Assembly (NCBI GenBank): GCA_963931155.1
Contig: OZ006978.1
Coordinates: 1,498,289-1,562,288 of the forward strand
Source of the DNA: an uncultured Clostridia bacterium
Lineage (GTDB): Bacteria > Bacillota > Clostridia > TANB77 > CAG-508
Direction: 5' to 3'
Length of the DNA stretch: 64,000 nt
Both the position numbers and the translations under genes were made by a program. Every line of letters begins with the position of its first letter. Positions within the stretch are counted from its first letter, which is position 1. Shown here piece by piece: positions 40,835 through 51,420 of the stretch. A model generated the notes under the pieces. That model saw nothing but the letters and a program-made list of their open reading frames with translations. It was not told the DNA's origin and ran no database searches.

Positions 40835-42472
40835 ATGAATCTGATAGAGAATGAAGAACAACTAAAAAAGAAGAAAAAGGCTAAAATTATAATGATTTTT
40901 ATAATTGTACTAATAGTATTATTGCTAATTATTAGTGGCTTTTTAGCTGTTCAAATTGGAAATATTCAAAATAGTAAATTGAAGCTTGTTGTTGATAAAC
41001 AAAGTAAAACAGTACCTGAGGATATGTTTATTATAGAAAATGGTAAGGTTTATATTAATATAAAAGAATTTGCAGAAATGGTAGGATATCACACATATAA
41101 TGGAGATTTCAAAACGAAGTATTCGGAGGATACAACAAATTGTTATATAAGTAGTGGTACGGATTTAACGACATCGGAAGAAGTTGCTTCGTATGCACTA
41201 AACTCAGCAACTATGTACAAGCAAGTTCAAGCAATATCAACTAGTGGTACTGTTAATAAAGATACTACTTATGATTATGAATATTTTGATTTAGATGAAC
41301 CAGTACAGTTGATGCGTAATCACGGCGAGGCATTATTTACAACTATAGAAGGAATGGAGATTGGTACGAATTGTATTATAGATTATAATACCTCAAACAA
41401 TACAATTACAGTAAACACATTAAATAATATTGTAAATACATATGCAGCTGCTTTCCCAAATGCAGCAGTAAACATAGATGGTGATAAAGTGTTATTTAAT
41501 AATAAAAAAGCACTTAGACAAGGATTAGTGGTTATTGAAAGTGAAAATAATCAGTATGGTGTTGTTAATGCAGAAGGAAAAGAAATTATAGGTACCAAAT
41601 ATGCGAGTATCGAATATAAAGAAGGAAGTAGTGAGTTTACTGTAACAACAGCTGAAGGGAAAATGGGCATCTTGTCTGCTGATGGAAAGACTAAAATAGA
41701 ACCAAATTACACAGAAATAAAACAAATAAGCAAAGATTTGAATTATTATTTAGTAAATAATAATGATAAATATGGTGTGATTAATCAAAATGGAAATCCA
41801 GTTATATTCTTAGAATATGATCAAATAGGAATAGATGAAGAAGATTTTATTTCAAATGATATTGAAAATCCATATATTTTATTTGACTCATGTATTCCTG
41901 TTATGCAAAATGGTAAATGGGGAGTATTTAATATAGAAGGTCAATTAGTTATTCCACTTGATTATACAACAATGGGATGCACTAATAAAGTAAATAAAGA
42001 TATAGTAAGTAATAATGTTGTAATAATACCACAATATGAGGCGTTTGTTATGGGAAATGCTGACGATAAATATTCAATTATAAGTTCAACAGGGGAGATT
42101 TATGTACCGGCAGTATTAGATTCTGTATATTCAGTAACTACTTCAGGTGAAGATGAATATTCTATGACATTTACAATACAACAAGAGCAAAATGGTAAAA
42201 TGGTAGATGTAACACAAACATATGATGTTGATCAATATTTTACAGAACATAACATTGTGCCACAACCACAACAGCCACAACTTAATACAAATACTATAGC
42301 AGAACAAAATAACCAAAATAACCAAGCTGGACAGAACGTACAAACAACAACCCAGGAAGGAACTGCTACTACTCAGCAACCTTCAACAGATCCAAATGCT
42401 GGTCAGACACAACAACAACAAACAGAGCAAACACAACCACAGCAAACGCAAGTACAACAACCAGCTATGTAA
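40835..42472 (+). CDS. Membrane-anchored WG/KWG-repeat protein with a Q/T-rich tail
   Basis: N-terminal TM helix. Repeats NQYGVVNAEGKEII, NDKYGVINQNGNPVI and NGKWGVFNIEGQLVIP. C-terminal low-complexity Q/T/P region. Confidence 0.7.
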   Translation: MNLIENEEQLKKKKKAKIIMIFIIVLIVLLLIISGFLAVQIGNIQNSKLKLVVDKQSKTVPEDMFIIENGKVYINIKEFAEMVGYHTYNGDFKTKYSEDTTNCYISSGTDLTTSEEVASYALNSATMYKQVQAISTSGTVNKDTTYDYEYFDLDEPVQLMRNHGEALFTTIEGMEIGTNCIIDYNTSNNTITVNTLNNIVNTYAAAFPNAAVNIDGDKVLFNNKKALRQGLVVIESENNQYGVVNAEGKEIIGTKYASIEYKEGSSEFTVTTAEGKMGILSADGKTKIEPNYTEIKQISKDLNYYLVNNNDKYGVINQNGNPVIFLEYDQIGIDEEDFISNDIENPYILFDSCIPVMQNGKWGVFNIEGQLVIPLDYTTMGCTNKVNKDIVSNNVVIIPQYEAFVMGNADDKYSIISSTGEIYVPAVLDSVYSVTTSGEDEYSMTFTIQQEQNGKMVDVTQTYDVDQYFTEHNIVPQPQQPQLNTNTIAEQNNQNNQAGQNVQTTTQEGTATTQQPSTDPNAGQTQQQQTEQTQPQQTQVQQPAM

Positions 42473-42499
42473 ATGTGAAATATATTTTTTAAAATTAAA

Positions 42500-42535
42500 A
42501 AGCATGTTAAATTAAAAAATTTAACATGCTTTTTC
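42500..42535 (+). terminator. Rho-independent terminator
   Basis: AAAAAGCATGTTAAATT-aaaa-AATTTAACATGCTTTTT. Confidence 0.8.
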
Positions 42536-42660
42536 TTTTGTATAGTTATATAAAATATAAATTCTGAATAAATTATAGATATATTAAATATTTTAAGTGA
42601 ATTTAATATAAGAAATTAAGATAAACGAATTTAGAAAAGATAATTTATTCGTTTATAAAG

Positions 42661-43095
42661 ATGGGGGGATTGAATATATTGGAAATAAAAAAGAGTATAA
42701 ATAATATTACTGGTGGAGAGACATTAAATGAAAACAAGAATATTTTCATAATAATTAAAGGTAGTATAATTGCATTAATATTAACCATAATAATGTTAAC
42801 GATTTATGCACTAATTTTATCATATACAAATGTATCTGAAAATTCAATGGTGGCTGTAATTATGACTATAATAGGAATGAGCATCTTAATTAGTAGTTCA
42901 CTTTCAAATTTGAAAATAAAAAAGAAAGGTATATTTAATGGCGCTATTATAGGTTTAATATACATATTGGGTATTTATCTAATATCTAGTATAATAACTG
43001 GAGTATTTAGTTTAAATTCTAATTCTATAATTATGATTATAGTAAGTATATTAACAGGAATGATAGGTGGAATAATAGGAGTAAATATAAAATAA
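42661..43095 (+). CDS. Small polytopic membrane protein (TIGR04086/YrzE-like)
   Basis: Four predicted TM helices, ending GGIIGVNIK. The start is uncertain: TTG 42679 sits better behind GGGGGGA. Confidence 0.45.
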   Translation: MGGLNILEIKKSINNITGGETLNENKNIFIIIKGSIIALILTIIMLTIYALILSYTNVSENSMVAVIMTIIGMSILISSSLSNLKIKKKGIFNGAIIGLIYILGIYLISSIITGVFSLNSNSIIMIIVSILTGMIGGIIGVNIK

Positions 43096-43224
43096 TAATC
43101 AAAAATTTTGTGAATATTTTATATTAAAAGGAATTCTAACTAAATTATATTTTTTTAATAAAAACTGTTGATATTTTTGTGTAATTAATATAAAATCATA
43201 GGGTATATGAAAGAGAGGAATTAA

Positions 43225-43884
43225 ATGATAACTTTTGAAGATGTAAAAAACAATATAGAAGTAAAAGCATTAGTAGTTGGTGCTCAGAAACAGCTAAATG
43301 CACTAGGTTATACAGAACACTCTGTAAGGCATGTTACAATGGTAGCAAATAGGGCAGCAGAAGTTTTACAAACTTTAGGTTATCCAGAAGATAGAATAGA
43401 ACTTGCCAAAATTGCAGGATATATGCACGATATTGGAAATTGCATAAATAGGGTTGATCATGCCCATACAGGAGCAATTCTAGCTTATCAAATTTTAAAA
43501 AGTATGGGAATGGATGCAGATAAAAGAACAGAAATAATGATGGCAATAGGAAACCATGATGAACAAACAGGAACAGCAGTTAGCGATATTTCAGCAGCAC
43601 TTATTCTAGCAGATAAATCTGATGTGCATAGATCTAGAGTTGTAAATAAAAACATATCAAGTTTTGATAAGCATGATAAAGTAAATTATGCAGTTACAGA
43701 TTCAGAGTTTAAAATAAGCAAAGATGAAAGAAAAGCAACATTAAATTTAACAATAGACACTAAAATATCACCGGTTTTAGATTATTTTGAAATTTTTATG
43801 GATAGAACAATGATGAGTAAACATGCTGCAAAATATTTAGGAATATGGTTTGAATTGATTATTAATGATACAAAGTTATTATAA
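43225..43884 (+). CDS. HD-domain phosphohydrolase
   Basis: H...HD motif (HSVRHV...GYMHDIGN...GNHD). Confidence 0.7.
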   Translation: MITFEDVKNNIEVKALVVGAQKQLNALGYTEHSVRHVTMVANRAAEVLQTLGYPEDRIELAKIAGYMHDIGNCINRVDHAHTGAILAYQILKSMGMDADKRTEIMMAIGNHDEQTGTAVSDISAALILADKSDVHRSRVVNKNISSFDKHDKVNYAVTDSEFKISKDERKATLNLTIDTKISPVLDYFEIFMDRTMMSKHAAKYLGIWFELIINDTKLL

Positions 43885-43971
43885 AAAATTAGAAAATATA
43901 AGAAAAAAAGGTTAAAATTATTAAGAATTAGTGTAAAAGCACAAAATTAATATAAAGAAGGGAAGAAAAAA

Positions 43972-45330
43972 ATGAACAGAGGACTAAAAATAACATTTAT
44001 TACATTATTAATTGTATTACTATCAATAATTTCTTTTGTAGGATTATTTGTACAAGATACAAAAGACATGAAAAATTTACTTCCAGATTATGTTTTTGGA
44101 ATGGACTTAACAGGCTATAGAGTACTTACAGTTAAAGTAAGTGATGCAAGCAACACGGTATATTATGATAAAGATGGAAATGAAGTAGATGAAGAGCAAA
44201 AAGATGGAACATCAAAAGAAGTTCCTGTAAATAGTGAAGAAGTACTTAATAAAGATAATTACTTAAAAGTTAAAAAAATTGTACAAGCTAGACTTAATGA
44301 TGCAGGAATTTCAGAATATCTAATTAGATTAAATGAAAAAGATGGTACAATGACTGTAGAATTGCCACAAAATGATATGACGAACACAGCAGCTCAATTT
44401 ATATATACAATAGGTAAATTTACTATAGAAGATGAAGATGGAAATGTATTATTAGATAATTCAAATTTGGACAAGGTACAAGTTGGGTACTCAAATTCAT
44501 CAACAACAAGTTCAGTAGGTACATCAGTTTATATGAGTTTTATGTTCAATGATGATTCTAAAGAAAAATTAAAAGAAATAACTAATACTTATGTTGCTTC
44601 AACTGATGAATCAGGAAATGAAGTAGAGAAAAAAATATCTATGAAAATTGATGGCACAACACTATTAGAAACAAGTTTTGATGAAGAAATATCAAATGGA
44701 GTGTTACCTATATCACTAGGAACATCATCTGATGAAGAAACATTATCATCATATATAGAGCAAGCCTCAGATACAGCTGTATTGCTAAATAATGGACCAC
44801 TACCTATAACATATACTGTAGAGCAAAATAGATTTATTAATTCTGATTTAGAATTAAATGACTTTTTAATACCAGCAATAGTTGTTGGAATAATTTTATT
44901 AATAGCATTTATTGTTTTATTAATTAAATATAAAAAATTAGGTTTATTAGGAATAATTTCATATATCGGGTATTTAGCAATGTTACTAGTTATAATAAGA
45001 TACACAAACTTAGTAATAACAATTGAAGGAATATTTGGTATATTAATATCAGCAATACTAAATTATATATTATTAGTATATATATTACATTGTCTAAAGA
45101 AAAAGGAAAAAGAATTAAAAGTATATAAAAGTGAATATAACAAATCTATGCTATCAATGGTATTAGTTTTATTCCCAATATTAATTATAGGAATAGTTTT
45201 ATGTTTTGCAGAATGGCTTCCTATATATAGTTTTGGAACGATAATCTTCTGGGGAGTATTAGTAATGGCAATATGGAATTCTATTGTTACTAGAATATTA
45301 TTTTTAAACAGTATAAAGGAGAAAAATTAA
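43972..45330 (+). CDS. SecD-like membrane protein (divergent)
   Basis: N-terminal TM helix, GMDLTGY (compare GLDLxGG), a large extracytoplasmic domain and a C-terminal TM bundle. It occupies the conserved queA-tgt-(yajC)-secDF position. Confidence 0.5.
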   Translation: MNRGLKITFITLLIVLLSIISFVGLFVQDTKDMKNLLPDYVFGMDLTGYRVLTVKVSDASNTVYYDKDGNEVDEEQKDGTSKEVPVNSEEVLNKDNYLKVKKIVQARLNDAGISEYLIRLNEKDGTMTVELPQNDMTNTAAQFIYTIGKFTIEDEDGNVLLDNSNLDKVQVGYSNSSTTSSVGTSVYMSFMFNDDSKEKLKEITNTYVASTDESGNEVEKKISMKIDGTTLLETSFDEEISNGVLPISLGTSSDEETLSSYIEQASDTAVLLNNGPLPITYTVEQNRFINSDLELNDFLIPAIVVGIILLIAFIVLLIKYKKLGLLGIISYIGYLAMLLVIIRYTNLVITIEGIFGILISAILNYILLVYILHCLKKKEKELKVYKSEYNKSMLSMVLVLFPILIIGIVLCFAEWLPIYSFGTIIFWGVLVMAIWNSIVTRILFLNSIKEKN

Positions 45331-45358
45331 TACTAAATAGAAAGGATTGATAATTGAA

Positions 45359-46021
45359 ATGAAGAAAGTACTATATGCAATTTTAATATGTATAATAATT
45401 GCGGGAATTGTAGTTGTTGCAACAATTGGGTTAAATGTTGATTTAATCTACAGTAAAAATGTAGAATTAGATGTGTCTATAGAAAAAGAATTTAATAAAT
45501 CAGATATTGAAGCTATAGCAAAAGAAGTATTCGGAGGAGAAGATGTTATAGTTCAAGAAATAGAACTATATGGAGATATGGTTTCTATAAAAGTACCAGA
45601 TAATTTATCAGAAGAGGATTTAAAAGCAAAAACAGAAGAGCTTAATAATAAAATAAACGAAAAATATGAACTAGAAAATAAAGTAGATGATATAGTTGTT
45701 ACACATAATCCTAAAATAAAATTATCTAGTATGATTTTGCCATATACTGTTACATTATCAATTAGTATGGTGATAATTTTAGTATATGTTGCAATTAGAT
45801 ATAAAAAATTAGGTGTTTTAAAAACTCTAGCAACATATATTTTATGGATTTTAGCATCAGAATTAATTTTACTAAGCATTATTGCAATAACAAGATATCC
45901 TGTAGACAGAATAGTAATACCAATGGGGCTATTGTTATTGGTTGCAATATTAACAATTTTAGGATTTATAAATGAAAGCAAACTAGCAAAATTATCATTG
46001 GATGATAAGAATAAACAATAA
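45359..46021 (+). CDS. SecF-like membrane protein (short, divergent)
   Basis: Follows the SecD-like gene. N-terminal TM helix, a small external domain and 3 further TM helices. ATG 45359 is preferred over the tracked TTG 45347, which abuts the RBS. Confidence 0.4.
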   Translation: MKKVLYAILICIIIAGIVVVATIGLNVDLIYSKNVELDVSIEKEFNKSDIEAIAKEVFGGEDVIVQEIELYGDMVSIKVPDNLSEEDLKAKTEELNNKINEKYELENKVDDIVVTHNPKIKLSSMILPYTVTLSISMVIILVYVAIRYKKLGVLKTLATYILWILASELILLSIIAITRYPVDRIVIPMGLLLLVAILTILGFINESKLAKLSLDDKNKQ

Positions 46022-46216
46022 TAAAAATTTAACAAAAAAACAGATAAAAAAATTTAGTTGATTAACCAAAAAAAGATATTATTAGTATTATATATTAATA
46101 GTATCTTTTTTGTTATTATGTGGAAAAATACTACAAAGACAATAAGTTTATAAGTTATACATTAAAAGCAAAACTTTATATGAATAGAAAAAGTTTTTTA
46201 AAGAGGGTGAAATTTA

Positions 46217-46558
46217 ATGCTTGGCAGAATCAGAAAAATACTTTATAGAAGTATTGATAATAAAGAAATTTCTTATGATGGTTTAAAAAAATTAACAAAA
46301 GAAAAAGAGGTAATTTTAATTGATGTTCGAAGCAATCAAGAATATGAAGAAGGACATTTAAATGGAGCTATAAATATATCTGTATATAATTTGAAAAATG
46401 AAATAGAAAATTTGGTTAAGGATAAAGAAAAAGTAATTATACTTTATTGTTCAAGTGGACATAGAAGCAAAAAAGCAAAAGAAATATTAGAAAATTTAGA
46501 ATATAAAAATGTATATAATTTAAAAAACGGAATTGATGATTTATGGGTTAAAGGTTAA
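46217..46558 (+). CDS. Rhodanese-like domain protein
   Basis: LIDVRSNQEYEEGHLNGAINI ... active-site loop YCSSGHRS. Confidence 0.85.
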   Translation: MLGRIRKILYRSIDNKEISYDGLKKLTKEKEVILIDVRSNQEYEEGHLNGAINISVYNLKNEIENLVKDKEKVIILYCSSGHRSKKAKEILENLEYKNVYNLKNGIDDLWVKG

Positions 46559-46649
46559 TAGCACAATTTAGCTTCATTTAGAATAAAATATGTATATCTA
46601 ATAAAGGTTTAGTAGATAATATTAATTATAAGAAAGGAGAAAATCCTGT

Positions 46650-47495
46650 ATGAAATCATATTGCATTAAAACAAATAATAAAGAAATAATAAAATATCTA
46701 CTAAATAAATTTAATGAAATAACTTTTCCTAATATATATTATTGTGAGAAATCATTTAACAAATATGATAATTTTATTATGCATTATAAAGAAAACGATG
46801 TATGGGCTTTTGAAAATGTTGTCTCTAGCATAGTTTCAAATGTCATAGTAGATTTTTATGAAGATAAATTAATTAAAAGATTAATAAACATAAATTATTT
46901 TTATTTTGAAACAGTTGAGAGAGAAATAATTTATAATAATTGTACAAATTTTATATGTGAACAAAGAGAAGAAATATATGAAACTTTATTTATGAATATA
47001 AAAAAATATTTACAAGAGAATAAAAGAATATATCTAGATGGAATTGTTAATTTTAGATTAACTGATTATATAAAGAAAATAGATAGTATAGTAGACCTTG
47101 GAGTTAATCAGTACATTATTGAAAAAGAATATAAGGAATTTATAAGTTTGTTAAAAATTTACGTGAATTCATCTACTAATAAGTCAGAGACAATTCATTT
47201 GGTGTATGTAAACGGAGAATCAATTTTACTTGATAAAGATAAGAATTTAATAAAATTAAACAAAAATATAAACACAGTACAGTATTTATCAGATATAAGC
47301 TTTTCTTCAAATGATATCGCATTAAACACATTATTAAGTATACTTCCAAGCAAAATAGAAGTTCACATTATAGATAAAGAAGATGAATTTATAAATACTT
47401 TAAAACTTATTTTTGAGGACAGAATAAGAATTTGCAATGATTGTAATATTTGTAGGACATATAGAAAGATAAATGACGCAAAAATAATAAAGTAA
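46650..47495 (+). CDS. Putative sporulation protein YtxC-like
   Basis: 281 aa, the same length as YtxC. The central ...YIIEKEYKEFISLLKIYV... region resembles that family. The assignment is from memory. Confidence 0.4.
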   Translation: MKSYCIKTNNKEIIKYLLNKFNEITFPNIYYCEKSFNKYDNFIMHYKENDVWAFENVVSSIVSNVIVDFYEDKLIKRLININYFYFETVEREIIYNNCTNFICEQREEIYETLFMNIKKYLQENKRIYLDGIVNFRLTDYIKKIDSIVDLGVNQYIIEKEYKEFISLLKIYVNSSTNKSETIHLVYVNGESILLDKDKNLIKLNKNINTVQYLSDISFSSNDIALNTLLSILPSKIEVHIIDKEDEFINTLKLIFEDRIRICNDCNICRTYRKINDAKIIK

Positions 47496-47624
47496 TAAAA
47501 TTGTTATAATTTCTGTTGCATCTGTAGAAACACTATACATTTTTTATTACAAATAATATTTACTATTTAGGTTAATTGTGATAATATAGTTTCAGACAGT
47601 AAGAGAGGAAGGATAGGAAGTATT

Positions 47625-48608
47625 ATGGATGGAGAAAAGAAATTAATAACAATACTTGTACCAGCATATAACGAACAAGAAGTATTAGATATGTTATATG
47701 AAAGATTAAAAAAAATAATGGATGAAAATATTAAATATGACTTTGAAGTTCTACTTGTTAATGATGGAAGTTCTGATAATACGTTAAATTTAATGCAAGA
47801 ACTTAGAAAAAAAGATAAAAGAATTTGTTATTTGAGCTTATCAAGAAATTTTGGGAAAGAAACAGCTATGATAGCAGGACTTGATTATTGTAAAGGTGAT
47901 GCTGTAATAATAATTGATGCAGATCTTCAGGATCCTCCTGAGTTAATACCAGAGATGATTAAATATTGGGAAGAGGGATATGATGATGTTTATGCCAAAA
48001 GAAGATCTAGAAAAGGTGAAACTTGGCTAAAAAAATTTACATCTAGTATGTATTATAAAGTATTACAAGCATTTACAAAGATTCAAATTCAAAAAGATAC
48101 TGGTGATTTTAGATTATTAGACAGAAGATGTGTGGAAGCATTAAAATCTATAAGAGAATCACAAAGATATACAAAAGGCTTATTTAGCTGGATTGGATAT
48201 AATAAAAAAGAGATATTGTATGATAGAGATCCAAGAGCTGCAGGAAAAACTAAATGGAATTATAAAAATTTAGTTAACTTATCTATAGATGGAATTACAT
48301 CATTTACAACTTCTCCACTTAGATGGTCTGCTATCCTTGGAATTTTGGTGTCTATAATAGGATTTATTTACATGATATATATAATTATAAAAACTATTGT
48401 ATCTGGTGTAGATGTACCTGGATATGCCTCAACAATGGTTGTAATATTGTTCTTAGGGGGAATACAACTTATTTTCTTGGGAGTAATAGGTGAATACCTA
48501 GGAAGAGCCTTCTATGAAACAAAACAAAGACCTTTGTATTTTATTGATAGATACAACGAAGAAAAAGAAACTAATAAAAATTTAAATAAACCTAGAAATT
48601 TATTATAA
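47625..48608 (+). CDS. Family-2 glycosyltransferase (polyprenyl-phosphate glycosyltransferase, GtrB/CsbB-like)
   Basis: ILVPAYNEQE, VNDGSSDNT, DADLQDPPE, and two C-terminal TM helices. Confidence 0.85.
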   Translation: MDGEKKLITILVPAYNEQEVLDMLYERLKKIMDENIKYDFEVLLVNDGSSDNTLNLMQELRKKDKRICYLSLSRNFGKETAMIAGLDYCKGDAVIIIDADLQDPPELIPEMIKYWEEGYDDVYAKRRSRKGETWLKKFTSSMYYKVLQAFTKIQIQKDTGDFRLLDRRCVEALKSIRESQRYTKGLFSWIGYNKKEILYDRDPRAAGKTKWNYKNLVNLSIDGITSFTTSPLRWSAILGILVSIIGFIYMIYIIIKTIVSGVDVPGYASTMVVILFLGGIQLIFLGVIGEYLGRAFYETKQRPLYFIDRYNEEKETNKNLNKPRNLL

Positions 48609-48672
48609 TATGTGATATAATAATACGCGTTGAAAAAAAGCCAAGAGAAAAAAAGAAAGGAAATGATAAAAA

Positions 48673-50112
48673 ATGCCAAGAAAAACAAAAATTATATGTA
48701 CTTTAGGACCAGCAGTAGAAGAACAAGAGAAAATGGAAGAATTAATAAAGGCTGGAATGAATGTTGCAAGATTTAACTTCTCACATGGAGATTATGAAGA
48801 GCAAGGTTCAAGAATTGAAACTTTGAAAAAAGCAAGAGAAAGTGTTGGACTACCAGTTGCAATGCTTCTTGATACAAAAGGACCAGAAATAAGAATAGGA
48901 AAATTTGCTACAGGCGAAGCTTTCTTAAAAGAAGGAGATACATTTACATTATTAAATGAAGACACAATAGAAGGTGACAATACAAGAGTTTCTGTTTCAT
49001 ATAAAAATTTATATAAAGAAGTTCAAGTTGGAACAAGAATACTTATAAATGATGGATTAATTGAAGTAATAGTTGAAAAGATTGATGGAAAAGATGTTGT
49101 ATGTAGAGTTCAAAATGGTGGAAGATTAACAAACAAAAAAAGTATAAATATTCCAAATTCAAAAATACAATTACCAAGTATGACAGATAAAGACAAATCT
49201 GACATATTATTTGGAATAAAAAATGGATTTGATTTTATAGCTGCATCATTTATAAGAAAAGCACAAGATGTATTAAACATTAAAAAAGTTTTAAGAGAAA
49301 ACGGTGGAGAATATATAAAAGTAATTTCAAAAATAGAAAATAGAGAAGGAATTGAAAACTTTGACCAAATCTTAGAAGTATCTGATGGAATAATGGTAGC
49401 TAGAGGGGACTTAGGTGTTGAGATTCCTATGGAAGAAGTTCCAATCAGACAAAAACAATTTATAAAAAAATGTAATAGAGCAGGAAAAATAGTTGTTACT
49501 GCAACACAAATGTTAGAATCAATGGTAAATAATCCAAGACCAACAAGAGCAGAAGTAAGTGATGTTGCAAATGCTATATATGACCAAACAAGTGCAATAA
49601 TGCTTTCTGCAGAAACAGCAGCAGGAAAGTACCCAATAGATTGTGTAAAAACAATGGATATAATTGCAAGATCAATAGAAGGCTCTATTAAATATTGGAA
49701 AAGATTTAAGAGAAGAGAATTTCCAACAACAGTAAAAGATTATGAATTTAATTTAAATTATTCAACATGTATGACAGCAATGAACCTAGATACTAAAGCA
49801 ATTTTTGCTTATACTAACACAGGTAGAACAGCTATGAATTTAGCAGGATTTATGCCTAAATGCCCAATTTATGCAATAACTCCAAATGAAGAAGTATGCA
49901 AACAATTAGCAATAGTATGTAATGTACATCCAATATTAATAGAAAAGAAAGGCTCTGTAGATGATATGTTACAAGATGGAGTAGAAAAAGCTAAAAGATT
50001 AGGAATACTAGAAAAAGGAGAGTTAATTGCGATAGCAGGAGGTTCTTCAATCTTATCTGGACAATATTCAGAAATGAACAAAACAATAGGAGGAATCTTA
50101 AGAGTAGAATAG
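48673..50112 (+). CDS. pyk: Pyruvate kinase
   Basis: KTKIICTLGPA...MNVARFNFSHG...MVARGDLGVEIP. Confidence 0.95.
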   Translation: MPRKTKIICTLGPAVEEQEKMEELIKAGMNVARFNFSHGDYEEQGSRIETLKKARESVGLPVAMLLDTKGPEIRIGKFATGEAFLKEGDTFTLLNEDTIEGDNTRVSVSYKNLYKEVQVGTRILINDGLIEVIVEKIDGKDVVCRVQNGGRLTNKKSINIPNSKIQLPSMTDKDKSDILFGIKNGFDFIAASFIRKAQDVLNIKKVLRENGGEYIKVISKIENREGIENFDQILEVSDGIMVARGDLGVEIPMEEVPIRQKQFIKKCNRAGKIVVTATQMLESMVNNPRPTRAEVSDVANAIYDQTSAIMLSAETAAGKYPIDCVKTMDIIARSIEGSIKYWKRFKRREFPTTVKDYEFNLNYSTCMTAMNLDTKAIFAYTNTGRTAMNLAGFMPKCPIYAITPNEEVCKQLAIVCNVHPILIEKKGSVDDMLQDGVEKAKRLGILEKGELIAIAGGSSILSGQYSEMNKTIGGILRVE

Positions 50113-50261
50113 TAAAGCTCTTAGGGTAAGGTTTGAGAATATCTCCAAAAACATCCCTAAAAATGATGTGGAAAGTTAACTTTTTCACATCATTTTCTGT
50201 TAGTAAGCCCAGGTCAACTTGCGGATAATTACTATTATAAGAAAGGAATGATATAAAAACC

Positions 50262-50462
50262 ATGGAAAATATTAGTCTTAATACAAAATTAGAAATAGCT
50301 GTAGAAGTTATTGCTGCCCAAATTGCAAAAACTTCAAATGAAGGCTATACAATAAAGGATAAAAAAATGCAGGAGCTTATTGAGGAAAGAAATCAAATGT
50401 ATAAAGGAAATGAAAATATAATTAATAAAATAATAAAAAAATATGGAAAAGTAGGTGAGTAA
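50262..50462 (+). CDS. Small protein upstream of the zeta toxin (putative epsilon-like antitoxin)
   Basis: 66 aa, helical. Its stop is 2 nt before the zeta-family gene. The function is assigned from position only. Confidence 0.45.
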   Translation: MENISLNTKLEIAVEVIAAQIAKTSNEGYTIKDKKMQELIEERNQMYKGNENIINKIIKKYGKVGE

Positions 50463-50464
50463 TA

Positions 50465-51331
50465 TTGGAAGATAGAATTAAATCACTTGAAGAAGCATTC
50501 GAATATTATAAACTTACACAGGAAGAGCATGAACAAATTGGAAAACGCATAAATGAAATTATGATGTTTGGAAAAAAGCCTGAAGAAAACCCAATAGCAG
50601 TTATAGACATTGCTCCTCCTGGCTCTGGAAAAACAGGTTTAAATGGATATGTTTTAAGACAATTTCCAAATGGCAATTTAATAATTGTTAATAATGATGA
50701 ATTTAAACCATTTCATCCAAAAGCAGATGAGATAGCACAAAAATATCCGGAATATTATATTAAAGTTACAAATGAAGAAAGTAAACGTTGGACTGATGAA
50801 CTTGTAGATACTGCAATTGAAGGAAAATACAATCTTTTATATGAAGGAACAGGAAGAAAAATAACAATTTTTCAAAGAATGATAGAGCAAATGAGAAAGC
50901 AAGGTTATAAAATAATAGTAAGAGCTATGGCTGTAAATGAACTTAATTGTTTAATGTCCATAGTGGAAAGATATGAAGGACAAGTTGCTGAAAAAGGATG
51001 GGGAAGGCTTGTATCTGCAAAAACTTTCTATAAAGCTTATGATGAGGAAATGCTAAATACATTAAATACATTTGAAGCGACAGATTTGGCAGATGTTGTT
51101 GAGGTTTATGTAAGAGGAGATAATCCAGCAGAGCCAATTAGGATATATGGTGATAAAAGTAGAGAATACAAAGATGCGAGAACAGCAGTTATAGAAGGTA
51201 GAAATCGAGATAGAAGAAGAGCAATACAATATTATGAACAAGTATTTAGTAAAGCAATGAAAAATTATAGAAACACAGAAGAAGAACAAGAACTAATTGA
51301 GAAAATAGAAGGCTTATACAGAGAAAGATAA
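50465..51331 (+). CDS. Zeta-toxin family kinase
   Basis: Walker A APPGSGKTGL, followed by NNDEFKPFHP as in the Zeta_toxin family. TTG start. Confidence 0.75.
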   Translation: MEDRIKSLEEAFEYYKLTQEEHEQIGKRINEIMMFGKKPEENPIAVIDIAPPGSGKTGLNGYVLRQFPNGNLIIVNNDEFKPFHPKADEIAQKYPEYYIKVTNEESKRWTDELVDTAIEGKYNLLYEGTGRKITIFQRMIEQMRKQGYKIIVRAMAVNELNCLMSIVERYEGQVAEKGWGRLVSAKTFYKAYDEEMLNTLNTFEATDLADVVEVYVRGDNPAEPIRIYGDKSREYKDARTAVIEGRNRDRRRAIQYYEQVFSKAMKNYRNTEEEQELIEKIEGLYRER

Positions 51332-51420
51332 AGGAGTAGAAAAATAAGTGGTTTATTATGTATTCTAAGGCATAAAAAAAGGATGTTTTATGGTGTGTCT
51401 CCAAAAACATCCTTAAATTA

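Noticed and set aside
44589-46035. 138-aa and 160-aa minus-strand ORFs within the SecD/SecF-like genes
   Set aside because: They are antisense to membrane-protein genes sitting in a conserved syntenic position, and they have no RBS or recognisable family.
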